Positions 22,981 through 35,561 of a stretch of 64,000 bases of DNA are shown one piece after another; the first letter of the stretch is position 1, and every line of letters starts with the position of its first letter. Made by a program: the position numbers and the translations under genes. The stretch spans positions 163,038 through 227,037 of the forward strand of contig NIVC01001874.1 in assembly GCA_002269645.1 (NCBI GenBank). The letters are read 5' to 3'. The notes beneath the pieces were generated by a model, which worked only from the letters and a program-made list of their open reading frames with translations, made no database searches and was not told the DNA's origin. This DNA comes from Macrostomum lignano. Its lineage: Eukaryota.

Positions 22981-25014
22981 ATGATGTCAAATACCAAGTT
23001 CAGTTGCTAGGGCTTGGCCAAAGCCAGAGGTTCCATGATTATGTACGTTGATACTCGTCATGAGAGTCGTAGCTGCTGAGGATAAGAGCAGTTCTAGCTG
23101 AAATCTGTCTAATCCTTTCTGCGACTTTCATTATGTATTGTTCAAATAATAGTTAGTTCTGTGATTCTTTTCTTTTTTACACATATATCTAAAATTCTGT
23201 TAAATAAATTTGTATCAGACGTTATAAAATGTATATAATGGGACCTATATTTTTGCATGTAGCAAGCAAATTCTTATAACAAAACAAATATACTAAAAAT
23301 ATTTTGAGTCCTAGGTACTAGGTAGCAACAGCTATAGTTTTATGAGTTGTCTAGTAGGTAATATATTGCCAACGACTTGAGTTTGATAGGCCTATTTTTA
23401 TATTGATATTTTTTATTTTATGTGAATAAACAATCAAAATAAAAGATTCTCTCATAAACTTACATCTCCCATTCAAAATTTTCTAGATCTGCACCTAGCC
23501 AACCAATGTATGGTTGACTTTGTATCAAATATCACTACTAACTAGTACTAGTTTTCAGTTGCATAGGGTGATACCCATATTATAAACAATTTAGCAGCTA
23601 GTATCAACATCCAAAATGCTAATAGACTGTTACAAATATATCATAGATATTTAATGTTAGACCCACCCATTTGCCTGCGCCCTGCACTAAAATAGCCATG
23701 CAGACCCTGTGGGTCTGCGGTCATTTTGTCTGCCGCCTTTTCGTCTGCCAAAGAATTTTAGCAGACGAAACGACTTTTTTATTTATGTTTATTTTGGTTC
23801 ACTTATTTAGTATTTTTATGTAGGGAATTTAAATAAATTAGTATAAGCACTTTATGGGACTCTTTATGTTAATTCATCTAACTAACCAACTATGCAAAAA
23901 AGCAAAGCAAACCAAGATAGGTGGGGCAATAAATATCATGCCACCACCCTAACATTGCCCCGAAGCATAATGCCAAAGGTTATAAATACAAATGCAATTG
24001 AAAAAGCTGAGGCTTTCCACTGCCAAGTTTAGTAAAGTTTGAGCTCAAACCTAAGAAAAGGACTTGTCTCAGTTCTTCCAAGCTTGCCTGATTGTAGCGC
24101 ATGGGCATTTTGGCGGACGGCGTCCGGCGCGGATTGGCCTGGCGGCGGCGCGGCGCGTGGCGGCGGCGCGCGGTGTGGCGTGGCGTGTGGCGGCGGCGCG
24201 CAGCAACAAAGGGCCAGGTCAACGTCGATTGATGCAAGCCATTGACTGACTAATTGAACCAAATCACTGATCCTGGGGACTGGCCCTGGCGTGGGAAAGG
24301 GGGGCGTCCAGCGCAGTTCAGACCTTGGCTGCAATAGGGCAAGCTTGTATCTGTTGTAGCAGAGGGATAGCAGGCATATAAGGTAGTTGGCATAAGAGGC
24401 CATCAAAGATTAGGCCCTACCAATAAACTACCTATTATAGCTAGTCTTAAATCTGCCATAGGACTAAAGGGCAAGGTTGTTAATGCTTAAATTGGCTAAC
24501 CATATTCAACTATAAAAGGGACTAAAATTATAAAATAAAATACTAGGAATATACTATTTATGCAAAATATATAATATTTTACTTTTATCTTGGCTTCTTT
24601 GTTAAGCTCTTTTTATGTGATCAAAAGATTATCTTTTTTTATCTTGATCAAGAATAGGCCTATAAAAGTAAATATTTCTAAAATAGATATAGTCTAAGGA
24701 AAAGCAACATGGCATTTACAATACACTATTTTGGCAATGACTTGGAGATAAAAACATTGAAGGTAAAGCTGAAGATAAAAAGAAAATTTTGGAACCAAGA
24801 ACTATAAGAGCTATATAAGGCATTTTGCTATATTCTAAAAAAACTGCTGAGAAAAAATAAAAAACTAGAATGATCCAAAAGCCAAAGGAAGGGAAAAGAA
24901 ATAGAGACAATGAAGCTACTAGCAAAGAGTACAAGTATAGAAAAGTATTCAAAGAAGTGACAAACAAGTAACAGTAGATAAAAAACCAAAAAGAGAAGTT
25001 TGAAGACTGCTTAG

Positions 25015-25200
25015 TAGTGGCATAGCCAGGATTTCCTTCGGGGAGGGGGGGTCACAGTCAGTCATAGGCTCATAGCGGCAACTAGGGGCAGGGGGCTAGG
25101 TCTCTGCAATGGGGGAGGGGAGCTGAAAATTTGGCCTGGATCAGCCAGCTGGGGGGGGGGTCATGACCCCCATGACCCCCCCTCCTTGGCTATGCCCCTG
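25015..25200. mobile_element. hAT-type MITE, 186 bp
   Basis: TIRs TAGTGGCATAGCCAGGA / TCCTTGGCTATGCCCCTG and a perfect 8-bp TSD CTGCTTAG (25007-25014 and 25201-25208). Confidence 0.82.
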
Positions 25201-25997
25201 CTGCTTAGCATACAATAAGAGTATAAAACTAAGTAAGCCTATAAAATCATGAAGAAACTAAGCACTGGCACAATAGCAAATGAAATCAAATCAAATATAA
25301 GCATAAAAAATTTTAATTTCTTGTCTAAAATAGGTTTATAAGCAGTGAGAGTTTATTAAATGCTATAATATACTAACATATCAACCAATCTCAACCAATA
25401 ATTAAAGATATTCAATCTCCAGAAGTTATTAAAAAACCATAGCAACAACAAACCTGCAAACAACAAAAAAATCCTGATATAGGTCAGGTCAAAGGATGTT
25501 TAAAAAAAGTATTGAAATGGATCAAAATAATTATTAGCCTAAGGTTCAATATATGTGCAACCTCTAAAACTATACTGGCCATGCAACTTGAACTTAGTTT
25601 TAATTGAAAGTAGAAATGGTATGTATTTTTGCAATTTTTTTATAAACAAAGTAAAAAGTCATCAATTTTGTTGCCTAACCTTGGTTGGCCAGTGGTTGCA
25701 TATAGTGGTTCAACTTTAAAATAAAAAATATATAAATTAAGTAAACAGATGCAAAGGAATAAAATGATTTCTAGACAATAGTTTTTAACCTGGAATAAAA
25801 ATGTCACTCTAGTTGTGAAATTGAAACTTCCTATTTCTATTAAACTTAAGTAGGTATACTACCCTAAGTAGGTACCCTAAGATATGATGATTATTTTAAA
25901 ACTATTGTTAATTCTAATAGATGTATATTTAATTCTAAATGGCTAGTGCATCTAGATTACACTATTATGAGCTATATAATTTGCTTCTTTTCAGCCA

Positions 25998-26878
25998 ATG
26001 GGCAAAGCAAATAGAGCTTCTTGCAATTCTTCCCAATCATTCAAAGAGACAATGGATAGTGAAACCTGCCATCTCATCAGACCTACTGCACAGAATAAGA
26101 CTGAGTTAGAGTAAGTAAACATGTTATAATTCTAGTCATGATTTTATTCATTGTGTAATAACTAATCGGATTTTTTGTTTTAAAAATTAATTGCAGCAAT
26201 TTTTAAAAGCAAGTCTGTCTGGATAAATCATTTGTTACCTCACTGAGAGGCAACCATCCTCTGAAAACTCAAACCTGCAGGCAGTTGTGCCGCCGGCCAC
26301 TCACTGCCCGACTATCGCTGGCCACCCCAGTTGGCCGCGTGCTGCTGGAGGCCTGCCCAGTTGGCCTGCACAGCCTGACCATGACTGACCCCGAGTCCAG
26401 GCGACCCTGCATGCGACTCAAGCCTGGTCAGCTGGCCAGCCGCTCCGCCCCCGCTGTTGCCATTGCCGACGACCAGCCCAATGCCACTCTGACCGGCCCA
26501 GCCAGGCTCGCCCTGGCCTGGCTGGCAGCTTATTTCGCCGCTAATTCAACAACGCCGCTGCCTCCCCAGCCGACTCTGTGTGCCACCGCCGCCGCGCCGC
26601 CCGGCAGTTTCCGGCGCCGGGTCTGGCGCGCACTGGCCAGCTCCGTGCCGCCAGGCGCCGTTGTCAGCTATCAACAGCTGGCGGCGATGTCTGGCGCCGG
26701 GCCTGGCGCTGCTAGAGCCGTTGGCTCGGCAATGCGCGCCAACCCGGTGCCGCTGCTGGTGCCCTGCCACCGGGTTGTCCGCTCTGACGGCTCGGCGGGC
26801 CGCTTCGCCGGCGGCAAGGCTGACGCCACCAAGCGCTGGCTGTTGGAGCACGAGAGAGTCGGTTTTAATTGCCGCTGA
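25998..26878 (+). CDS. MGMT: O6-methylguanine-DNA methyltransferase, about 236 aa
   Basis: Exons 25998-26110 and 26281-26878 (phase 2, GT-AG). Contains TPVGRVLLEACPVGLHSL, VPPGAVVSYQQLA, ARAVGSAMRANPVP and the active-site PCHRV. Confidence 0.93.
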
Positions 26879-27627
26879 GATTGAGGAGATTTTTTAAACA
26901 TTGACAAACCATCCAGCTGCTTGTACTAGCTATACGTTTTTTCAGTAAAATAAAAAACCCGAATCGACTTGTTCTTTTCTTCCTTTAAACCATTTTTCAT
27001 CGACTGCAGCTCTCAGTGCATCAAATATATGACACATTCAGGTCAAACAAAAAATATGATCAAATGCTCAATTTGTTGCTTTTATCACTCAAGGACAGCT
27101 TGAATCGAATGACGGGAAACTTCGTTTCTTAGAAAAAAATTGAAGGCTATTTTTGCGCGAATGAAATCAAAGGCTTAACGTATACATCAATTAATCTAGG
27201 AAACAGTCAGGTCATACTAAATAGTAAGCTATAGCTATTGATGTACCGAAAAATGTCAATTTCATTCTCGATAATGAATTGTTTCCACTATAGTGACACA
27301 AACGCGGTTTGTACAGCAGGACGAGTTGTTGACAGGGGTGGTATCCTTTAACTCCAGCTCCGGAGAGCATCAATTGTGCGAATTCCAGGAGGGTTGTGAG
27401 CACCTTGTCAGAGTCCTTTCTGCAAAATTGTCCCGAAGCCAGTGCTGGTTTTATAATAAAATTCGACTTGCTGAGATTTTTACTCTTACTACAAATGCAA
27501 TTTGATCATAATTGACTTGCGTTGCTGTGTCTTAACTTTATCTCCTTGGGGTCGAGGGTCATAAAAGGCAAAGGGTGGCGACTTTTCAATGTTGCTGAGT
27601 ATAGATACACTTCACAATCTCTCACAA

Positions 27628-27893
27628 CAGGGGCGTCGCCATCGGGGGGAGGGGGGACCCCCAGTAAAAGCTATGGGGGACATGCCAATGCTTTGTCCCC
27701 CCATCCAACCTTGGGACCCGTTATGGAAATCAATAATTTTGCTTCATGGCGAGAAAATATAGTGCCTGCGACAACAAAATGAGTGCCTGAGGTGCCAAGT
27801 GAGCGCTGACAACACCGATTCTGAAAATAATGTACATGTACAGAATTCTTGGCTTTGTCCCCCCACCATAAAATCCATCATGACGACCCCCTG
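27628..27893. mobile_element. MITE, probably hAT-type
   Basis: TIRs CAGGGGCGTCGCCA / TGACGACCCCCTG; flanks TCTCACAA and CCTCTCAA match 6 of 8 (degenerate TSD). Confidence 0.6.
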
Positions 27894-28395
27894 CCTCTCA
27901 AATCTATCAGAATCCCTCACAATCCGTCACGAACAGCCGGACATCCTCATGAGTATTTTTTTATCTATTAGGCCTTTTGAAACAAAACAACTAGATAAAT
28001 AAATGCCTTACGTCAAGTTAAAAAATTGACTGACTGCATAAAAAGCTATTATAGTGGAGATAGAGGAAATATTAAAAGTAAGCTTCAAGCGACTAACTTT
28101 CTAGACATTGTACGAGCGTAGACCAAATGCAGTAAGCTTGATAAGGTGGTGCTCTCGCAAGAGAGACGGATTGAGGCTTGAAATTTAATTTTTTTAACTT
28201 GCGGATGGTCCAAATACTTGAGCAAAAATATCCTCCAACTGCGCAGTGACAATACATTTAGAAAGATAAGAAGTGCTGAGTCATAACGGCAACTCCTCTC
28301 CAGTGTCTCTATATATACGCAACAAGGATTGCGCTCAAGCCACTAACTCGGATACCAGCAAAACTGCACTGCACCCACAAGCCGTACTGTTGGCG

Positions 28396-31300
28396 ATGCA
28401 ACACAGGAAACTCGCCCCGCTGCTGCTGCCGCTGCTGCTGCTGCAGATATTCGCAACTATCCAACCGCTAAATGCCAAGGAGCGAGGCCAGATCAGTTTG
28501 GGTAGCAACGGCGGCTACAAAAACTTGGTGATCGCCGTCGACCGAAGCTGGCCCGAAGATCCCCAGCTTGTGGAGAAGATCAAGGTAGTTTGCCTTCATT
28601 GACTATAGCCAACGGTGCATTGCATTTTATTTATTGGCTATACAACGTATGGAGTACTTATAGTTTTGTCCGAATTAACATTAACAAATTTATATCGATA
28701 TAATGGATAGTGCGATCATTTGTGAAATTATCCATTCCTTTATTTGTTGCTCATACTACTTTCAGAGCGCCGTGACAGAGTTCTCAAAGCAACTGTCGAT
28801 TGCCACCAAGCCAATGTTCAACAACAGCGCTAGTCTACACATTGCTCACGTCTACATCCTGGTTCCCAAGACCTGGACGAACAACCTTACGCAGATTGAC
28901 TCGCAATCTACCTGGCAGACATTCGACAACTCCGACATTCGGTTGGGCCGCTCGCCGCAGCAGCCGCACTACACCTATCACAGCGAATCGTGCGGCTTTC
29001 CCGGTGACTTTACAGTGTTCGACACCAACCATACCCTGAGCACAGATCCGTACTTGCGTAAGTGAAGCTGAATTGGTCCCAATTAATGCCAGGACCACTA
29101 GAAGTTACCATTTACTTTAAATACTTGTAGCTCAAATTTTTCACTAGGTTGTTTGTTGAAATTTTGTCCTTGTCTAAGATAACGCAAAATTTGGCCTACA
29201 GGCAAACAGTAGAGTATGCCAAACTGCTACTTGACAAAGTAGCAGAAAGTAGTAAAAATGCAATATTTACGAGTGTTCCATCCTGATACAAAGGGAACTT
29301 CTAGAGGTCATGGCCCTTGGCTTAATGCTTCCTCCTGCTCGATACTTTACTCCGACTGTTATATCGCTGCTTTCAGTTAGCAAGCAAATGCTGTCGGAAT
29401 TCGGCCAGCTCCGATGGGGTCTCCGTAGTGAGCGCAACGGCGAAGGAGGACCGCACGCTTACTTTGAAGGAGGCAAGTTAGTGCCGGCGATTTGTACAAA
29501 AAGCATCAAAGGCATCTTCAGGCACAACGAGACTCAGGCGCCCTGCAAGGTTGACAGCGATACAAGCACCGTAGAGCCATCCTGCAGGTTCTATCCGGAC
29601 GCGATGCAAGAAGTAGAGGCGTCTCTTCTGGGCACCACGGAGGTTCAATCCGTAGATCAGTTCTGCGACCACTGGGACTCGCCCGTGCCCGAGCTTCAGC
29701 ACAACAAGCGGGCACCTGTGCCTTTAAATGCTTGCAACGGCCATGGAGCACGCGATCTGATGAGGAAGTCGAAATCTGGAGACTTCAATACGCCACCGAA
29801 AGCGATGGAGAAGCAGCCGGCGGTGCAGTTTACCGTGGTTCAACCGCTGCCGTATCGCAGGCTGACGCTAATCATCGATATTAGCAGCAGTATGAGAGTA
29901 CGCTAAGATTTATCAGGACGATCTGATTTTGTTACCTATAGTTGAAATTTACTATAAAACTCACGCCTTTTAAATTTGCAGGGCGATCCTCTCAATAAAA
30001 TCAAGGTTGGAGTCGACAAATTCGTCCGCGACCTTGCCGAGGATGGAATCGAGTGCGCTCTGGTGACATTCAACCATTATACTCAGCTGGTGAAGCCTCT
30101 TACCTTCTTCAATGCAACGCAGGTTCGCGACGCGTTCGCCAAGGATGTGAAGGAGTTGCGGGCTGGTGGATTGACAGCCATTGGCGATGCGCTCGCACTC
30201 GGGATGAGAGTGAGTTTTTCAATGAGTTTCAAGGTTTTTAGTAAATTATGGAATTACGATGCTGACGACAGAAATTTAATGGAAGCGAATTGCCACTGTT
30301 CAGGTACTCGGTGTAGATCCAGCCAGGCCAAGTCCTGAAGTCCCTGGATACATGCTGCTGCTCACAGATGGACAGGAAAACAGGTATCAGAACTACACGC
30401 TGCTTCAGGCAGCCGCGGTGCTGAGGAACACATCAATCATTGTGGACACGGTCACTTTCGGACCCCAGGCTGATAAAAGACTCTCCCAACTGTCTGAGGA
30501 CACGAACGGCTACAGCTTCTTCTGCAAGTTTGAAAACTCCACCAACGATTTCATTGAACAGCTCAGCGATACAGTTCGAAAGAGAGTGGAGGCCACACAG
30601 ATGCCCATTGAGGTAAAGCATGATTAGGTGCCATTTCTATACATATAGCTGTACATTGCGCATCAGCTCGCATATCCTTCACTGTTGACTTCAGGTTTTC
30701 TCATCTCAGCTTGATGCAAGCAGCTTCAGCGTCCCAGTTAAAATCGACAAGTCAGTCGGCAAAGACACCAGCTTCATGCTGACCACGTACCGAGCCTCAG
30801 ACATCAACAGCACGGACCTGAAGGTCAGGAGCCCAAATGGTACAGTTTATGATAAAAACTCGCCGCAGTACAGCAAAGACCCGGTGCTGGGCACGGTGAC
30901 AATCAAGGTCTCCGGAGTAGCGGAGGTACGTTGCTCATTACTAATAACAATAATAATATTAATAATTGATTACGCCTGCCCCAATTGGGCCAGATGTGCA
31001 ACCAACAACTCAGCCGCAGCTATTGCGCGGCGCATCTGAAGGCTGCGTACGGCTGTTCAGTCCAAGGACCGGGAGGTCGCCACACACCCCCTCAATTACC
31101 GCAGCTAATGCTGGCACCCATTTTACAGCGCCAACTGAACTGAAGAACTGAGGTGAACTGAAGCAGTGCAAAGTGTCTTACTCAAGGACACAAATTGTTA
31201 CCGAGCGGGTCGAGAAACGAACCCCCAACCTTTCAGTCGCGAGTCCGACGCTCTGACCACTAGGCCACAACCTCCCTATAGTACTTCCAATACTGTTGCT

Positions 31301-32582
31301 TTTTCGGAAGTAACTTGCCCAACACTGATATGGTGTGTTTTAAATGCTTGAATACGCCGATAAAAGCAGGACGCTACACACCACAATTTTCACAGACAGG
31401 GGAGTGGCGGGCCACAGACGGCCGCTCAACCGCATTGCAATCCTCCTGGTCCAGCGCCCAGGTGCGAAACTCGCGAATAGCCCTAACAGTTACATCGAAG
31501 GCCTCCAGCAGCGAAGAGGAACCCATCGTGCTGGACGGCTCCCTCAGTGCAAATGTCAGCGTTCACCTGAACCGATCGACTTCAATTAACGTTGTCGCAT
31601 CCCTGTTCCGTGGCTTCAGACGGATCACGGGCGCTAAGATAGTAGCCAAGATTGAGTCAGAGTCAAGCACAGACGTTGTGCTTGAATTGCACGACGATGG
31701 CGTCTGTAAGTGCAAATTCATACCGCTTTGTACTTGCTATTTGTCACCTACATGTAACTCCTATACATCCTGGTCGTCACCTTCACTCGTTCCAGTCCCA
31801 GACCTCGAAGCAGGAGACGGCGTTTACTCGGCTCAGGTGCCGCTGAAGAGCATTTCAAAAGTGCAGGAGTACAACGTGAGGCTGATCAGCGACTCGCCAG
31901 TCAGCCGAGTGACCAGCGCAGGAAAGTTCTACGTCAAATCCATCGACCAGGGCGACTTGCAGAATCTTCCGCCCAGCCCAGTGTCGGATTTGAAAGCCGA
32001 GGTCCACCTGCCAACAAAGACGCTCCGGCTCTGGTGGACCGCAGTGGGCGATGAACAAAGCCAAGGAACCGGTGTGTTCACCTGTTGATTACCGACAGTT
32101 GGCAATTAAATAATAAATCTGTGCTTGCTTGCTGACTCCTTTTTAACCTTTGCTTTGCAGCTGCCAGGTACATCATCAAGTCGTCAGACAATGACACCCT
32201 GCTCGAGGAGGACTTTCACTTGGCAGACAACGTGTCGGCGGCTGTGACCCCGCTCGTGGCCGGATCAATCCAGTCTGTCAACGTCAGCGCCGACCAGCTG
32301 GCCAGCTACAACAGCACCTTCTACCTCGCCGTCATGGCTGTGAGCAGCAGGGGCGCCAAGTCGGAGCTGTCGAATCTGGTGGCCACTCAGCTGAAGCTGC
32401 CAGACAACATTGACAATATTGACGGCAGCCTCACTTCGCCGATGCCGAGCACCAGCACCCTGGCTCCGGAGATTTACACCACAAAGTCGGGTGGTCCGGT
32501 GGGCCCGCTGCAAAGCTGCTGGATCTCCGGACTGCTGCTGGGACTTATTTCCTGGAAACTGGTCCTGCTGTGTGTCCGCTAA
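28396..32582 (+). CDS. Calcium-activated chloride channel regulator (CLCA)-like protein, about 925 aa, with degenerate zinc-protease motif
   Basis: Nine exons: 28396-28584, 28766-29057, 29377-29897, 29982-30209, 30304-30612, 30695-30925, 31396-31705, 31796-32071, 32161-32582 (sum 2778 nt, in phase). Signal peptide, NGGYKNLVIAV, YT...CGFPG, LRWG, Cys-rich region, vWA (DISSS, LLTDG), IDKSVGKDT, DDG..D....DGVYS, FnIII LWWTAVGD and a hydrophobic C-terminus. Confidence 0.9.
30937..31275 (-). mobile_element. tRNA-derived CORE-type SINE (copy 1, full length) in CLCA intron 6
   Basis: On the minus strand: A-box TGGCCTAGTGG, degenerate B-box GGTTCGTTTCT, then TGTGTCCTTGAGTAAGACACTT...CTGTAAAATGGG (aligns with the MIR CORE domain) and an (ATT)n-like tail. 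Second copy at 52482-52762. Confidence 0.8.
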
Positions 32583-33192
32583 ATAGCGGAGCACTGAGAA
32601 CTGCCTGCTTATTTTTGACGCTGCAGAATTTTTATTCAAGTGGCTCAGATCTGGGCTCGATTAATCAAGTGCCTATTTATTTCATCACAACACTTCTTCA
32701 CTAAAATATGACATCATTTTAAACAGACAAGTAATGCTCTGCCAATTGCTACCAGCTGCATTCTCTTTGCAGCATATCTGTATGACAAATTAAACAGTCG
32801 ACTTAAATTAATTTCTATACTACTTACTAAGTAGCATGAAGATTTACTGCTGTGAGTTTGTGCATGTGACTTATATCAAAATTATTTATACAACATTCCC
32901 TCTCAAGCCCTCAAAATTAATTACCAATTCATCACGACTTCATACAAATCCATCAAAGATTTATCACAATCCATTAAAATGTATCACAATCCATCAAAAT
33001 TTATCACAATCCATCAAAATTTATCACAATCTCTCACAATGCCTCACAATTATAACGCTGCTGACGCATGTACATGTAGGGAAGCAGCGGATGGCTGCTC
33101 CAAAACAGCTATGATGAAATTCGACCCGTAGTAGCTAAAAGCAAAATTCAATTTTGATGCTTAGATTTACATGCATTGAGCATCAACTTAGG

Positions 33193-33440
33193 ACCGCGAC
33201 ACCCAATCCCGGATCCTCAGTTCGGGTCAGCCACCCGATCCCGGATCCTCAGTTCGGGTCAGCCACCCGATCCCGGATCCTCACTTCGGGTCAGCCACCC
33301 AATCCCGGATCCTCAGTTCGGGTCAGCCACCCGATCCCGGATCCTCAGTTCGGGTCAGCCACCCGATCCCGGATCCTCAGTTCGGGTCAGCCACCCGATC
33401 CCGGATCCTCAGTTCGGGTCAGCCACCCGATCCCGGATCC
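33193..33440. repeat. 32-bp minisatellite (about 7-8 units)
   Basis: Unit CCGGATCCTCAGTTCGGGTCAGCCACCCGATC. Confidence 0.94.
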
Positions 33441-34212
33441 GTAGACCATCCGAATAAACTATCACAATAGTTGTGGCCGCTAAACTCCAGAGGCAGGTCC
33501 AAGGACAACTAGACAATAACGAAGTGTTTCTAGTGGTCCTTGGGTAGGTCCTGTCATATGAACGACATGGCTTACCAGAAAGATGGAACAAATTAAGCAA
33601 GAGGCCGTTCACCTTTTCAACCAAAGAACCAAGCCTTCAGCGCTCCGGACTATCGAGATATTCATCGATTCTGCATGTGTTCACATGGAAACTCGTTACA
33701 GGATGTGAAAGCGAAGATAGCTCAAATCATTTAATACTCATTTAATGCAATTGTAAATTGAACACCATCAAACGAGACATCACACAACTGATGTCCAGAA
33801 TCACACAACTTTTTGTACGACTTGTGAATCAGCTTAAAAAATATGAACAAACAAGAATGCCACTTTGATGTACTTTAATTAAAGACAAGCAAATCGTTTC
33901 AATTTCGATTATTTTTTCTTATTACGAGCGTATCGTTATTTTAATCGAAATAAAAAACATGGCAAAAATTATTAAACATTCGCAAATATGACAGAACAGT
34001 TCAATGGTGTCAATTTAAAAATATTGATCGTTATTGCTTGAATTGAAGGAAAGAGGTAGGAGAAATTCGAAGGACAAACTACCAGTTTGACTTGGTGCGC
34101 AATGCATCAATAAAAACTCCAATTCTAGTGACCCGCTAACCGTACACTCTTGTGACTTCCGTGAATATTGCGGCACGCATAGTACAAATGAGGGTGTTTC
34201 ACGAACACTAAC

Positions 34213-34938
34213 CTTCACAAACCATAGACTTCACAAACCCTAGACTTTACAAACCCAAGACTTCACAAACCCTAGACTTCACAAACCATAGACTTCGCAA
34301 ACCATAGACTTTACAAACCCTAGACTTCACAAACCATAGACTTCACAAATCATAGACTTCACAAATCATAGGATTTACGAACCATAGACTTCACAAACCC
34401 TAGACTTCACAAACCCTAGACTTCACAAACCCTAGACTTCACAAACCATAGACTTCACAAACCATAGACTTTACAAACCCTAGACTTCACAAACCATAGA
34501 CTTCACAAATCATAGACTTCACAAATCATAGGATTTACGAACCATAGACTTCACAAACCCTAGACTTCACAAACCCTAGACTTCACAAACCCTAGACTTT
34601 ACAGACCATAGGCTTCACAAACCATAGACTTTACAAACCCTAGACTTTACAAACGCTAGACTTCACAAACCATAGGCTTCACAAACCATAGACTTCACAA
34701 ACCATAGGCTTCACAAACCATAGACTTCACAAATAATAGGATTTACGAACCATAGACTTCACAAACCATAGACTTCACAAACCATAGACTTCACAAATCA
34801 TAGGATTTACGAACCATAGACTTCACAAACCATAGACTTCACAAACCATAGACTTCACAAACCATAGACTTCACAAACCATAGACTTCACAAACCATAGA
34901 CTTCACAAACCATAGACTTCACAAACCCTAAGCTTCAC
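34213..34938. repeat. 16-bp minisatellite (about 45 units) just 3' of NUDT16
   Basis: Unit TAGACTTCACAAACC(A/C), with a recurring GGATTTACGA variant. Confidence 0.95.
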
Positions 34939-34982
34939 ACACCCTGAGATGCTAAAACGCCAACACCCCAGAAGCTCGCTGC

Positions 34983-35561
34983 TTAGTGTTCAGCGTCCAG
35001 CAGAATCTGGCGCATCTCCTCGGCCGTGAAGGCCTCAGCTCTGACCAGTCCGGCAGCCAGCTGCTGCCTGGCATTGCCAACAAAATTATGCCGCATGAAA
35101 GCCACAATGCCCAGCATCGGGTTGCTGGCCAGTCGGTAGCAGGGCACCCGGACGCAGCCGAGAGTCTCGTGGCCGTGATCGTGCCAGGCCGCGGCAGCTT
35201 TCTCGATGCTGCAGAATAGCTCCTGCGGCACCGACATTGTGTAGAAGTATAGCACAATGCCACTGTCCAGGTTGACGTGGGCGCACAGAAAGTGCTCTTT
35301 GGTTGGCGCCAGCTCGGCGCCAATCTCTTCGCGAATCTCTCTGGCCAGGCCAGCCTCCACGCTGGCGTCATCGGCGTCGATGAGGCCGCCGATGAAGCCG
35401 AGGCAGCCGTCGAAGCGGAGGCCCATGAGGACGGCGTGCTGGCTGGGCGTGCCGAACACCTGGCGCTCCGGCAGCCGGCTGTGCAGCATGAGGTGCGCAG
35501 CTCGAGTCAGGCCGGAGTACTCAGGAGCGAAAGACTCTGAGTAGCTGAGCTCTTTCAGCAT
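34983..35561 (-). CDS. NUDT16: NUDT16-family Nudix hydrolase (U8 snoRNA-decapping enzyme-like), 192 aa, single coding exon
   Basis: AAHLMLH, AVLMGLRFDGCLGFIGG, Nudix box GGLIDADDASVEAGLAREIREEIG, DHGHETLGCVRVP and NFVGNARQQL. Start placed at the ATG at 35561, 2 nt after a CAG acceptor; the upstream part of the listed ORF is not homologous. Confidence 0.88.
   Translation of the reverse strand: MLKELSYSESFAPEYSGLTRAAHLMLHSRLPERQVFGTPSQHAVLMGLRFDGCLGFIGGLIDADDASVEAGLAREIREEIGAELAPTKEHFLCAHVNLDSGIVLYFYTMSVPQELFCSIEKAAAAWHDHGHETLGCVRVPCYRLASNPMLGIVAFMRHNFVGNARQQLAAGLVRAEAFTAEEMRQILLDAEH

Noticed and set aside
22979-23101. C/D-box snoRNA (TGATGA...CTGA)
   Set aside because: Box C lacks the leading purine, the terminal stem is only about 3 bp, and I see no recognisable rRNA guide.
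24029-24406. 125-aa minus-strand ORF as a protein-coding gene
   Set aside because: No recognisable domain, low-complexity Pro/Ala/Arg half, no convincing splice partners; kept only as an unexplained CpG island.
31200-31275. tRNA gene
   Set aside because: A and B boxes are present but continue into a CORE domain and simple-repeat tail shared with 52482-52762; it is a SINE head.
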